From Malacoraja senta (Eukaryota), in contig CM075988.1 of NCBI GenBank assembly GCA_038087875.1, positions 12,526,001 through 12,590,000 of the forward strand: 64,000 bases of DNA, in the 5' to 3' direction. A program made the translations under genes and the position numbers. Numbering within the stretch: position 1 is the first letter of the stretch; every line of letters starts with the position of its first letter. The notes beneath the pieces were generated by a model that ran no database searches, was not told the origin of the DNA, and saw nothing but the letters and a program-made list of their open reading frames with translations. Shown here piece after piece: positions 36,449 through 48,939 of this stretch.

Positions 36449-36696
36449 AGGGCCTGTCCCACTTTCACAACCTAATTCACAACCTTTTTTACTCGTGGAC
36501 ATTTTTCATCAGGCTAGAAAAACGCCCCGACCTACATGATGCCATGAGTACCTACGAATAGCATCACGACCTACCTATGACCTACCTACGACCTCCTACA
36601 ACCTCCTGCGACCTTGTGACGACCATGCTGCGAGTATGAGTCAAGGGCAAACTCGGCAGAGGTCGTGAATTAGGTCGTGAAAGTGGGACAGGCCCT
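36449..36696. mobile_element. PIF/Harbinger-type MITE (248 bp)
   Basis: 37-bp TIR AGGGCCTGTCCCACTTTCAC(A/G)ACCTAATTCAC(A/G)ACCT with direct TAA TSD. Confidence 0.92.
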
Positions 36697-38008
36697 TAAG
36701 TGACACAATTGGGGGTAAGGGCAGAGAAGATGTATGATGAACATGATCAGCTAAACTTGGTGGTTAGACACCAACTTCCAAAATGGCACTTGTAGAGTGA
36801 TACAGTGTGGAAACAGGCCATTCAGCCCAACTTGCCCACACCGGCCAACATGACCCAGCTACACTAGTCTCACCTGTCTGTATTTGGCCCATATCGCTCC
36901 AAACCTGTCCTATCCATGTACCTGTCTAACTATTTCTTAAACAATCTCATGCGATCAAATCACTGAAAAATGTGATGACCTGTCAAATGTACAAATTCAC
37001 ACCAAGCGTTGGCTGCAATGTATGGCCTCACCACTTGACATCAGATGCCACTAGCCTATGAGTTTAACTATGCACACCAATCAACAGTCTGGATGCATAT
37101 GGCATAATTTTGTGCATAGTTTATGCATAATTTTGCACTCACAACACTTCATTCTTATCAGATAAACATTTAGCCTTTGTGTTGTCTTGAACCAATTAAG
37201 TCGCAGTGGACCAAAAATTGCAATTATTTAATAGTAATTTGTGATAATCCAACCCAGTTAATGAGATGAAATTTCAGTCACAAATGCAGCACAGATCTCT
37301 GAGAAATGGAAGGTTATTTCACTGATTTCACAAACCCGAATATCTTGATTATATTCCTTCACCTTGTCAAATCAGTAAACCATTTCCCCTATATTCCTTA
37401 TCCATTTTCTATTTACAATTTTTGATCTTTTTTTGTCACCGGCTCCCCACCTTGCCGAATACCATGGTGTTTGCACAAATGAGTTGCTACTGGGCAGGTT
37501 TCACTCCTGTTCTCCAAGCAGCGCATTGCAGTGGGTCATTGAATGGGTGACATTTGTTTCTCTTCTCTTCTCTTCTGTGATGATGTTGAGCTCATTGGGA
37601 TCTCAATGCATGGATGGAAATCAATGTGTTTCCCACATCAGTACGCTTCATCACTTTGCTCTCCCATACCATTTCTGAAAGATGAACTCATCATAGTTTA
37701 TTTCTTGACCACCGTATGTACTGCCAGTGTCTCTGCTTCATGGGTGTGGATCACACTGGCCTAGAAATTGACGGCTGCTGTACAATGAGGACCCATGTGA
37801 GTTCTTACGGCAAGGCAAAGGATGAGCACTTTTCAAATGTTTTTGTCTTGTGCATTTTAATTGCAATTCCAGGCATTGCTGCTTAACTGTTTGTAGAAAA
37901 CAAAAGTTTGTTGCTAAGTTACAGGAACAGAATAAACTTTGCATTGTGACCTCCTGCTGTGGGAAGCGTTTCTAAAAACAGCAACTCCTCATGAAAACAA
38001 TTGCCTTT

Positions 38009-38305
38009 GGTGGTGCAACTGGTAGAGCTGCTGCCTCACAGCGCCAGAGACCCGGGTTCAATCCTGATTACCTTGGGCGCTCTCTGTGCCGAGTTTGCAC
38101 GTTCTCCTTGTGACCGTGTGGGTTTCCTCTGGGTGCTCCGGTTTCCTCCCACATCCCAAAGACATGCGGATTTGTAGGTTAATCGGCCTCCGTAAATTGT
38201 CCTTGGTGTGTAAGATAGAATTAATGTACAGGTGGTTGCTGGCCGGATTGGACTTGGTGGGCCGAAAGGCCTGTTTCTATGCTGTACAATTTAATTCAAA
38301 TTCAA
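38009..38305 (+). mobile_element. HE1-type V-SINE
   Basis: B box GGGTTCAATCC, V-domain and CR1 tail. Confidence 0.88.
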
Positions 38306-38962
38306 GTAAAGGAGCCACCATGGAGTAGGATTTTCCTCAGGTGAGGGGCTAGTAATGGCCATGAGGAACAAGCACCTGCAAATCCTGCTGGAAATTGTGT
38401 CACCTTGGGGTGGGCGTCAGGACGGAGAAAAATTAGGGATACTGGAAATGTGAAATATAAACAGAAAATGCTACAAGTACCTCATAGGCCATGCAATTAT
38501 GTGGAAAGAATAACTGAGTCAGAGAGTGAAAAAGAAAAAAAAGACAAGTTAGTTTTAAATTGTAGAGATGGTGGCAAGATACAAATAGGAGCAAGGAGAT
38601 TCTCTGGAGAACGCCAGGGTTGTCCCCGGGCTCAAGTCAACCAGTCAAGGAGTTGATGGGGGCAGTTAGAGAGAACAAAAGATGGAACTATGGGGTTAGG
38701 AGGGAGAGATAGATCAAGTGTGAATTGAGGGCAGTTACAGACTGAGGATACAGATAAAGTGGTGTATAAAGGTGCAAAAAGCAGGGCTGTTGGAGGTGCC
38801 TGGCAGATTAGAGAGAGAAAAACTGAGCCAGATCACAGATGGACAACGCCACAGTTCACAGCAGGATCTGTATTATTTTATTTTCAATAGAGCTAAATCC
38901 TTGAAATCTTTCCTCAACAGCATTATTTGATCATCTTCACCAGAAGAACTAGTGGTGCAGGG

Positions 38963-39270
38963 AAGGCACAGTGGTGCGTCTGCCTCTCAGCTTCAAGGAC
39001 CTGGGTTCAATTCTAGTTTCTGCAGCTGTCTGAAAGCATATGCATGTTCTCCCTGTGACCACATGGGTTTCTCTCGAGTACTCTTTTTTTTGTTCCACAC
39101 CCCAAAAACGTGCTGATATGTAGGATAATTGACTCCTGTAAATTACCCATGGTGTTGGCGGGCTGTAGGAGAATCAGAGTGGTAGTAGAGAGAATGTGTT
39201 GGGGGAGAATGAGATTGTTGGGATTGCACTGAGAGCTGGCATATATTTGATGAGCTGAATGGCCTCCTGG
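38963..39270 (+). mobile_element. Old V-SINE
   Basis: Degenerate A/B boxes and V-domain. Confidence 0.7.
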
Positions 39271-39399
39271 GTCATAAAAATGATGGAGTATAAGAAATAT
39301 TAGCTGTTCAAGATGGCAACTAATTTTTCGCTTCTCAAGGCCATTTAAAGATGGGCAAACATGTGAGCCAAACCAGCAATGTCAAAATTACCAAATTTA

Positions 39400-39700
39400 G
39401 GCGCAAAGAACTGCATATGATGGTTCACAAAAAGGAACGCAAAGTACAAGATTAACTCGGTGGATCATGGGGCATATCTGGAGGTTGTAGATAGATACAA
39501 AAAGCTGGAGTAACTCAGTGGGACAGGCAGCATTTCTGGTGAGAAGGAATGTGTGATGTTTTGGGTCGAGTCTAGATGATGTTTCGGATCGGGGCCTTTC
39601 TTCAGTCTGAAGGAGGGCCCTGACCCAAAATATTGTTTATCTACTGTACGTCCTCCAGTGATGCTGCCTGACCCGCTGAGTTACTCCAGCACGTTGTGTC
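39400..39700. mobile_element. Penelope-like termini (tandem plus fold-back)
   Basis: Two minus-orientation arms followed by an inverted arm, with degenerate hammerhead motifs on both strands around 39605. Confidence 0.75.
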
Positions 39701-39811
39701 CCTTTTCCCCCAATTACGGTGGTTAAATAGTTTAAATATATCCATTATCTTAACCAAGTGCTTTTGCTCCCTCAGATTGCCCTCTTCTCACGATTAAATA
39801 TTCCAGAGTTA

Positions 39812-40141
39812 AGGCCCTGTCCCACTTTCCCGAGTTACTCACAAACTCTCCCGCGTTTTCCCCTTGATTCGAACTCGGGGAATGTCGGGTAATGTCGGTA
39901 GCGAGCTCGTAGGAGCCAGTAGGAGGCCGTAGATGTTTCGTAGCGGCTCGTAATGCCAGCCGTAGGAACTCGGGGCATCAGGTAAGTCGGGACGTTTTTT
40001 CAACATGTTGAAAAATGTCCATGAGTTAAAAAAAATAGCCCCGAGTACCTACGAACGGCTATTACCGTAATTATCTGAGTTCGAATCAAGGGGAAAACTC
40101 GGGAGAGTTCGTGAGTAACTCGGGAAAGTGGGACAGGGCCT
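39812..40141. mobile_element. PIF/Harbinger-type MITE (330 bp)
   Basis: ~65-bp TIR with 2 mismatches starting AGGCCCTGTCCCACTTTCCCGAG, with direct TTA TSD. Confidence 0.92.
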
Positions 40142-40849
40142 TTAGTTAACACTGTTTTATAGTTCTTGTCAATGACATTAACGAATCATACATGGTGTTC
40201 GCCTGTGTCTTGTTTGTAAATTTCCCCTAACGACTGAGCCATTTGGAATCATGGTTTGAAATGTACATCGTTATATCAGACCTTCTAGCTGCAGGTGAAT
40301 AATCCTTAACTACAGGCATGACCTTCTCTGGCCATTCACTGCTCTATCACCCATAGATTATTGATGTACCCATAGACTATTGATGCCAGCTCCCTTGTTG
40401 TATGTCACCAATGAGTAAGGACTGCATTACTCTCTCGCTTTCCATTACAGTTTTAAAGGGATTCTGCAAGACATAAATTTGCAAGTGCCAGCAAGAGAGC
40501 AGACATGGAGGGGAGGTTGAATCTGTATCAGACTGTCAAGATTCCTGTTTTGGGACAGTTAAGGACAAAAATTTGTGGAGAACATTGCGATGATCAGATC
40601 AGCATTTTATTTTTCTCTAGCAAGAATAATTAACACATCTTGGCGAATAATCTCAGCAAGTAAATCACAATTTAGCTACCTGTCTTCATGAAGAGACCTC
40701 AAAAGGACATAGAGTATCTATACTTTCTACCCATTTTTGACTGGTGCCATATGTCTCAGTGGAAATGTGTATTCCCTTAGTCTGTGATCGTGTAGACATG
40801 CCTTTGAGTGCATGTTGTACTTGTTAATTCTTGAACAAACATGTCTCAT

Positions 40850-42250
40850 CAGACAAAACACACAGTGCTGGAGTAACTCGGTGGGGCAGGCAGCATCACT
40901 GGAGAACATGGATAGGTCATGTTTCAGGTTGGGTCCCTTCTTCAGACTGATTAATGTGGGGGGAGGGGGGAGAAAGCTGGAAGCGAGGGGGGGAAGGTGA
41001 AAGCCTTGCTGGTAGTAGGAAGATACAGGTGAGGGGTTGGGGTGGGTGGGGTTGGGAGGGGGGTTTGATAGGCTGATGGTTGGACAAAGGCCAGAGATGA
41101 CAAGACAGAAGGTGTGATACAGGATACAAAAGAATGGAAGAATTGTGAATTGTGGAGCTGTTGATTCACGATTTTCTCTCACATCGGTTGTTTCGACAAT
41201 AATCGACCGGACACCGGGGTTGCTATAAACGTACGTTTATTCAGCACTGAGTCTTCACACAGGTTAACAACCTAGCAAAGAGTCAAGCTCTCTGCCTTAA
41301 TCCTTAATGCCTTTTATATTTTAATGTCACTGTTTATGCCTCCCATATTACTGACACAAAGCAACAGACACGTACGCAATGGTCAGGATCACAGGCACGT
41401 ACATATTGGGAGGTGTTATTTAGTGGAACAATACTGGAGATAAGACAGGTACATTCCTCAGACTTCTGAGAGCGGCGGTTTGTATATTCCTCAGACTTCT
41501 GAGAGCCAGCTATCTCAGTCAGACGGGTGCAGTTAATACCATAGTCGCGAATATGCAGCAACAGCAGGACAATGTGAATTTCTCCTGACCACAACTTCCT
41601 GACCCCTGCAGCTACATATTCAGCAATTTTGGTCAGCAGACATTTTATGTTTCAATCCAGTCCACCTGGCCAAACCATTTTACCTTCACAGAACAATCTT
41701 ACAGCGTTTATTCAAGATTTACATTCACAGAGCTGCAGGAATGTATGTAGATGGAAGAGGAGGGGGTGAGAAAAATGGGTATAAGTCCAGGTGGGACACA
41801 GGGGACAGAGGGGGGGGAGAAAGGATGGGGTGGGGGTCAAAGGGAGATGGGGAAAGGTTTTATAGAGCAAAAATTTAAGAATTCAATGTTCATACCATTG
41901 GGATGTAAGCTATCCAAGCGGAATATAGGGTGTTGTTCCTCCACATTGCATGTGGCCTCACTCTGGCAATGGAGGAGGCCCAGGATGGAAAGTTCAGTGT
42001 GGGAATGGGAAGAGGAGTTCAGATGGTTAGCAACCGGAAGATCCAGCAGGCCTTGTAAGCCAAACCACCCTCTCCCCAGCTACTTTCCCCTGCAACCGTA
42101 AGAGATATAACACCTGTCCTCATACCTCCTCCCTCACCTCCATCCCAGGGACCCCGACAGTCCTTCCAAGATCAGAGGTTCACTATTTTTATTTATTAAA
42201 GCCAGCACTTTGTGTCATGTTTGGTAAACCAGCATCTGTAGTGCCTTGTT
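40850..42250 (-). mobile_element. Rearranged Penelope-like element split by a solo LTR
   Basis: Terminus with hammerhead remnant (40915-40950), endonuclease C-terminal DNA at 41870-42050, and an inverted linker fragment at 42060-42180. Confidence 0.75.
41159..41729 (-). mobile_element. Solo LTR (571 bp)
   Basis: TG...CA ends with a perfect 4-bp TSD GAGC. Minus-strand TATAAAA (~41315) then AATAAA (~41238), and a duplicated ATTCCTCAGACTTCTGAGAGC in the U3-like part. Confidence 0.85.
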
Positions 42251-43741
42251 TGTAATTCTTCCTCGTCAGACAAAGCTGGCAGAAAGTCACCAAGAAAGAT
42301 TGGAGACATTTAGGAACACCTGAAGATTGTTCTTCAAGCATCAGATCATCCTGACTAGATAATTTAGATTGTTCCATCATGGAGGCTAAGTTTAAATCCT
42401 GGAACTCAATTTAGTCATACTGTGGGAGCACCTTCACCTGAACGCCTGCAACAGTTCAAGATGATATTCATCCCCATCTTCACAAGGAGAGTTTACAAAT
42501 GGGCAATAAATACAGTGACATCCATTCCCATAAAGGAATCAAACTAAAAGTAGCTGGGGACATATTGAGCCGATGAGGCTTGAGAAGCATCGTAACCTGT
42601 CGTAGATTACAGGCAATAGAACAATTGAATCGTGTTTGAAATTTCATTTGCAATTCTAATTAAATATGCAAACATCATAGCATTCTCAGAGCTGCCAGAT
42701 GGAACAAATACAAAAAAATATGCAGTGAGGCTTTAATAAATTTGTCATAAATGTGTAAGTAACTGAAAACACCCCACTGCTGCCTACTGTAGTTTATTCC
42801 ATTGATTGAAATGTCAAATGCCCTTATGCATGGTTTACCATGTAATGGAGCATGGAAACACATAATGCCTTGATAAAGAACAAAAAAGTCAGAGCCTGAA
42901 AAGTAATTTATCTCATTGGTGATGCTCAACATGTATTTATCAAATATGCATCAAAGTTCAGAGAAGGTGCTTCCTTTGAAATGTCTCTGCACACATGTGC
43001 AGAAAAGCACTTCAGCTGAGCACAGCTTATCAAATTACTGCCAATTCTTCTTGAGCATCTGACCACTCTGCCATGAAATTGAGCAGACTGCTCAGAATTT
43101 GCATAGTTTTCAAAGAGAACGAGGGTACGGATTTGCTCAAATGTGTTCATGACTGATATTCCACAATTCTCTATGATTTTCTCAAATCACTTGATGCCTG
43201 GAGCCAAATGTAATATAAAGACAATATGGTAGAGGGCCCATTGGAGCCAAACATTTGTAATAACAGGCTTGTGATGCGGTCCACTCTGTTTGTATTGTTG
43301 GGCACAGCTGAGCAGAGAGTTGCTAATATTGTGATTCCAAAAATGAGAAAATGTGGGAAAAAATAATTGGAATTGGTACTCTTTCTTTTCCGCTTTGCTA
43401 ATGGAAATCCAGCCCTTTGTTCCTGCTCATCTCCAATCAGACCTCTGCCCCAGTATTTCTCACATTGCCATTTATTGGTCCTACACAGTTATGACAGTGG
43501 CTACTACAGCTTTCAGGACTAACTCCCTACATTTTTATATAAAGACAAAATAATTTGTATCTTTGGAGAAATCAGAACTTATAAACTTTATATTTAGCAA
43601 CAAAAAGCTTAGATTTTTTTGCTTGTTGTCTCATTGCAATTGTATCTTAAATGGCTAGTTGCTATGGAGCAGGAACATGTACAGTAGGGTTCTGCCATTA
43701 TATGTTGGCTATGCTTAACCATCAATGGCAAGACTTGGCAC

Positions 43742-44165
43742 AAGATAGACACAAAATGCTGGAGTAACTCAATGGGTCAGGCAGCATCTATGGAGGAAAG
43801 GATTAAGTGATGTTTCGGGTTGGAACCCTTCTTCAGGCTGAAAGATAAAGAAGGCCGGAACAAAACAGGGCCGGCAACAGATGACCTCAGGAAGGATTAA
43901 GTCCATACTGGTCCATTGATGGCTGGGGAACATGTGCTAACGATCGGGATACAAGGATGCTAACAGTGGAACTAGTGGAATAGCCAGGGTGGGGGCGGAG
44001 GAGAGAGGGGAGGGAGAGGAAGGCAGGAGTTACTTGAAATTAGAGAAATCAACATTCATACCACTGGGTTGGTAGGTGCCCAAATATGAGGTGCTGTTCC
44101 TCCAATTTGCATGTGGCCTCATTCTGACAGTGGGGGAGGCCCAAGACAGAATGTTCAGTATGGGA
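43742..44165 (-). mobile_element. Penelope-like 3' fragment with hammerhead motif (43809-43836)
   Basis: LGLPHCQNEATCKLEEQHLIF matches the endonuclease C-terminus. Minus strand reads CTGAAGA-A-GGGTT CC AACCC-GAAA-CATC. Confidence 0.82.
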
Positions 44166-44269
44166 ATCTTCAGCACATCTATGTATAAAGGGGAAGTCAG
44201 ATGTTATTTCTGACATGAATATCCAATGATCATGACTGTAAGTGCACATGTGGACATTGGGTAAATGCC

Positions 44270-44580
44270 TTATAGACTCATATAGCGTGGAAACAGGCCC
44301 TTCGGCCCAACTTGCCTGCGCCAACGTGACCCGTCTACACTAGTTACACTCGCCTGCATTTGGCTCATATCCCTCTAAACATATCCTATACATGCCCATA
44401 TTTAAATGTTTCTTAAATATAGCGATAGAACCTGCCTCAATTACATCCTCGTTTCATACACCTACCATCCTTTGTGTAAACAAAGTCACCACTCAGATTC
44501 CTATTCAATCTTTCCTGCCCTGACCTTAAACCTATGTCTCCTGGTTCTTGATTCCCCTTCTTTGGGCAAGAGACTCCCTG
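44270..44580 (-). mobile_element. CR1 LINE 3' fragment
   Basis: GGAAACAGGCCCTTCGGCCCAACTTGCC tail. Confidence 0.75.
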
Positions 44581-45739
44581 GTCCCAGGTCATTAAATAAT
44601 CTACAATTCACAGTCTAGTCCAGTCATGAATAATATCCATTGGATAAGACATACAAGGGAAATAGACTACAGTTGAAAATTAAGAAGTAGGGCAAACGTG
44701 ACAAAAATGTTCTGAAGGCATCACAATTGTGCACTGATTGCATCAAACTGCCTCGTTGTATGAACAAATATCATAATAGCCATAATGTAGGCAATTGCCA
44801 ATTTACAGTGGGAAGAAAATAATTGTAAAAAAAAAGTCTACTTACCATTTAGCTCATGCTAAACAATAAACAGAATACAAAACCTGACAGTTCATTCAGC
44901 TTTCATTATTTTCTCCAAATGTCCACTGAGTCAAATATTCTATTTGAGTTCACTGAAGTCCCTTCACAAACTGAGGAAATGAATTTGAAAATGAACTGAT
45001 TATTTGAGCACAATTGCCTTTTGAAATAGTCAGTACTGCTGCATGGTATTCATCTTTCGACCAGATATTCCACACACAATGGTGTGCCATTCAAATTTGT
45101 TATTTTGGCCCAATTCTCATTGCAGTAAACACAGTCTTCTTTGGCCTTAAAGCAGAACAAGCCCATTTCAAATGCATGCTGGTGACTCAGTACAGCGTGC
45201 TACAAAATGATAAGCGGGTGATGAAGAGGGGTTTGAAAGGAAATTTGAAAGACCAAATCAATGACACAGTGTTAATTAAGAACAGCTTCTGCCATGTAAT
45301 AGTTCCCTCCCCCTCTGGTGTCATAACCATTGTTTTCAGATCTGCACTTTGCATTAGTGATTTTTGTTCCTTTTGTTCTGGTCTTGTTTCTAATCCCATT
45401 TTCAGTCTATTTATGTTTAGTGCCAGACATTCCTGGAACCAAGAAATAATTCCCAACTGCAGAAGCTTCTTCTGCACTGAACAGCAGGCAATCAGCAAAT
45501 TGCTTCTTTACAAAAGAACACCGTTTTTCAGTTGGAAGCTAGTAATCTGAAACATTGGGGACATGAATAGGGCCTTGGTGGAGGACGCTGTTTTCCAAAG
45601 CCAATTTAAAAAAAATCGTTAATAAAGCTTTGAAAATATAACTTTTCTCAGGCACTCTGCAAAACCCAGTGTGACACCTTAAGTGCTTTTCTTACCAAGC
45701 TCTTCCATTATCTCACTGAGTGGTGAGTCAGGTGCAGGG

Positions 45740-46830
45740 TGTAGTGAAGAATGCCTTTGGGACACTTGCCTTCATTGGTAAGGATATTGAGCTCAAGGGT
45801 TGAGACATCATGGTGCAGCTGTTCAAGTCATTGCCGAGACCACACTTGGAGAATTGTGTACAGTTCTGGTCACCCAGCTACAGGAAGGGAGCTATATTAT
45901 TCTGTACCATGGCATTTGAAAGAGTGCAGTAGATATCCGCGAGGATGTTACCTGGACTTGCGGGCTTGAGTTATAGAGAGATGTTGGATAGGATGGGACA
46001 TTTTTCTTAGGGGCATAGGAGGATGAGGGATGACTTTGTACAAGATCATGAGGTGCATAAATAAAGTGAATACTCACAGTCTTTTTCCGAGGGTGAAAGA
46101 TTCTAAAACTAGAGGCCATAGGCTTAAGATGAGAGGGGAGACAAAGGTAGACAAAAGTGCTGGAGAAACTCAGCGGGTGCAGCAGCATCTATGGAGCGAA
46201 AGAAATAGGCAACGTTTCAGGCCGAAACCCTTCTTCAGACTAATGTAGGGTGGGAGGGGGGGGCGGGGAGAAGAAAGGAGAAAGGAAGAGGAGGAGCCCG
46301 AGGGCTGAGAGAGAGCTGAGAAGTGGAGACAGCAAGGGCTACCGGAAATTGGAGAAGTCAATGCTTATGCTGCTAGGGTACAAACTGCCCAAGCGGAATA
46401 TGAGGTGCTGCTCCTCCAATTTCCGGTGGTGCTCACTCTGGCCATGGAGGAGGCCCAGGACAGAAAGGTCGGATTCGGAATGGGAGGGGGAGTTGAAGTG
46501 CTGAACCACAGGGAGATCAGGTTGGTTAATGCGGATCGAGCTGACGTGTTCGGTGAAACGATCGCAAAGCCAGAGAGGGGAGATGTAAGAAGTACAATTA
46601 TTTTACTTAGAGGGTAGTCTGTATTTGGAATGAGCTGTCTGAGGAAGTGATTCGAGCAGATACATGATGAGATTTAAAAGACATTTGGATAGATATGTGG
46701 AAATATGGGTTTAGAGGGACATGGGCCAAAGACAGCCAAATGACATTAGCACAGAATGCCAACTTGGTCAGCATGGACAAGATGGATCAAGGGACCTGCT
46801 TCCATGTGTGAAGCTCTCTATTACTCTATT
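45740..46830 (+). mobile_element. CR1 LINE 3' fragment interrupted by a Penelope-like piece
   Basis: RPHLENCVQFWSP-like DNA and SLFPRVKDSKTRGHRLKMRG; the LINE resumes after about 46570. Confidence 0.8.
46141..46570 (-). mobile_element. Penelope-like 3' fragment, second subfamily, hammerhead motif at 46211-46238
   Basis: Endonuclease C-terminal DNA. Minus strand reads CTGAAGA-A-GGGTT TC GGCCT-GAAA-CGTT. Confidence 0.85.
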
Positions 46831-48751
46831 ACTCGATAGCTAACATACATCTTCAGCAACAAAATTGTGCTTCAAAGTCCTCAAATGCATGGCCATGTAT
46901 CAATGAATGCAGAAATAAGATCAGACCATTCACCCTCTCAATGCTGACTGCTAATGAATGGTCCATATCACAAAATTTACAAAAGACAAACATTTCAAGA
47001 GCAGCTAACAATATTGCCATGGCAAAGGACAGACAGTACACTTGGCCCACACCACCTTCAATAGGAGAAGATGCCTCCACACATAAACCCATGCTACTCT
47101 CTAGTAGATCTGGCCACTGTGAAGGACACAAATTCATTGGTCCTGAGGTTGAAGAATGCAGAAGAAAATCACCAATGCCATCAACCCCTTTTACACGCTT
47201 GGCCAGCTGAAATGCATTGACCTGAATTTTGAAATCTTCAATTTAAGCAGCTTCAACACCTTTCCTTGGGATGAGTGAGTGACAGATATCCACTGCACTC
47301 TGTGTGCAAATGTGCTTTTTGATCTCATTCAAAGGTACAGTACTTGTTCTATTTTCAAGGCTATCCCCTTTGTTTTGGACTCTTCCATCTGAGGCAATAG
47401 CTGGTCTAAATTTGACCAGCCAATTATTAAGCAGCCTAGATCAGCCCTTAACCTTGTCTAAGCAAGGAACATTATTCTAATGTATGCAACATTCTCATAA
47501 TTTATTATGTATTATGCCTAAATCAAGCATTTATTTGCATAGATGTTTTGTGTTTAAAATCTAGAGTAAATATGAAATTAGAGTCTGTGATAAATTGAAT
47601 TAATCAGCATACATTCAGTAATAACTGAGGATGCTTCATTTATCATGCATTTTTGTGATAACATAGATTCGATGGCTTGACTCTTAGTGGCTATCTTGAG
47701 CCAGAAGTCCTTTGACCATGATTTTAATCTTCATCCTGATATGTACACCAGGTTGTCACAAACACAGATGTATCCAGCCAATTAATTTAATTTACTTCAC
47801 ACAAGTTCAAGAAATGGCTTGATGCACTTGAAAGAATGTCAGTAATGGATCTGACAATATCCTGTTCTCAGTGCTGAAGAGCTCTGTTCAAGAACCAGCC
47901 ACCGTTAGATAGCTAGTACTGTATTGCTTTGACACAACGATATGTCACCACATCCGCAGGAGACAGGGCAATCCAAGCAGATGAATTACAGCCACAAAAG
48001 GAGACTGCCCATCATAGAAACATAGAACATAGAAACAAGAGAGAGTTAGATTTAGCTCTTTAGGCTAAAGGAATCAAGGGATATGGGGAAAAAGCAGGAA
48101 TGGGGAACTAATTTTAGATGATCAGCCAAGATCATATTGAATGGCCTATTCAATGCACCTATTTTTCTATGTTTCTCTGTCTACCAGGGCTCCATCCTGT
48201 TTTGCTGTCGACCCTGATTGGTCATGGTATTTTCTTGCTTCCAGCTCTACACACCACCCCCCCCCCCCCCCCCCCCCCGATCCAAAACATCACCTATTTT
48301 TTCCAGAGATGCTGCCCGACCTGCTTAGTTACTCCAGCACTGTGCATCTATCTTTAGCGGTAACCATCATCTTGTTACTCAGAATCGTTTTCTTGGGACC
48401 ACTATTGTAATTGCACTAGAGCAGTCATATGAATGTTTAATAGAGTGGGTCATGTGGATTGTGCGGTGAGTAGCACTTCAGGGCCTAAGACAAGGAACAA
48501 GTTGAGCCTGTGATGGATTTTTTGCCACTTATTGGATGCATGCATAGTTCAACATTTTGATGTTCTTGGATTTAACTACCCGCTCCTTCCACCAGCATGT
48601 AATATGGTGCCAGGTAACCCATGTAGAGCAGCTGATCAATGCTTCCTTCCATCCCTTCCAAATCCATCATCTCCACCACCTAGAAGGAAGAAAGTAAATT
48701 GGCTGGGGGTACCCTGACTTCCATCAAGTCACACATCCTACCATGAATACA

Positions 48752-48939
48752 AGGTACACAAAAATACTGGAGAAACTCAGCGGGTGCAGCAGCATCTATG
48801 GAGCGAAGGAAATAGGCAATGTTTCAGGCCGAAACGTTGCCTATTTCCTTCGCTCCATAGATGCTGCTGCACGCGCTGAGTTTCTCCAGCATTTTTGTGT
48901 ACCTTCGATTTTCCAGCATCTGCAGTTCCTTCTTAAACA
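48752..48939 (+). mobile_element. 188-bp Penelope-derived fold-back insertion
   Basis: ~75-bp near-perfect arms plus an unpaired 3' tail, with 14-bp TSD CTACCATGAATACA. Confidence 0.9.

Noticed and set aside
45014..45550. 178-aa ORF
   Set aside because: Non-ATG start, no recognisable motif or exon boundaries, and composition like non-coding AT-rich DNA.
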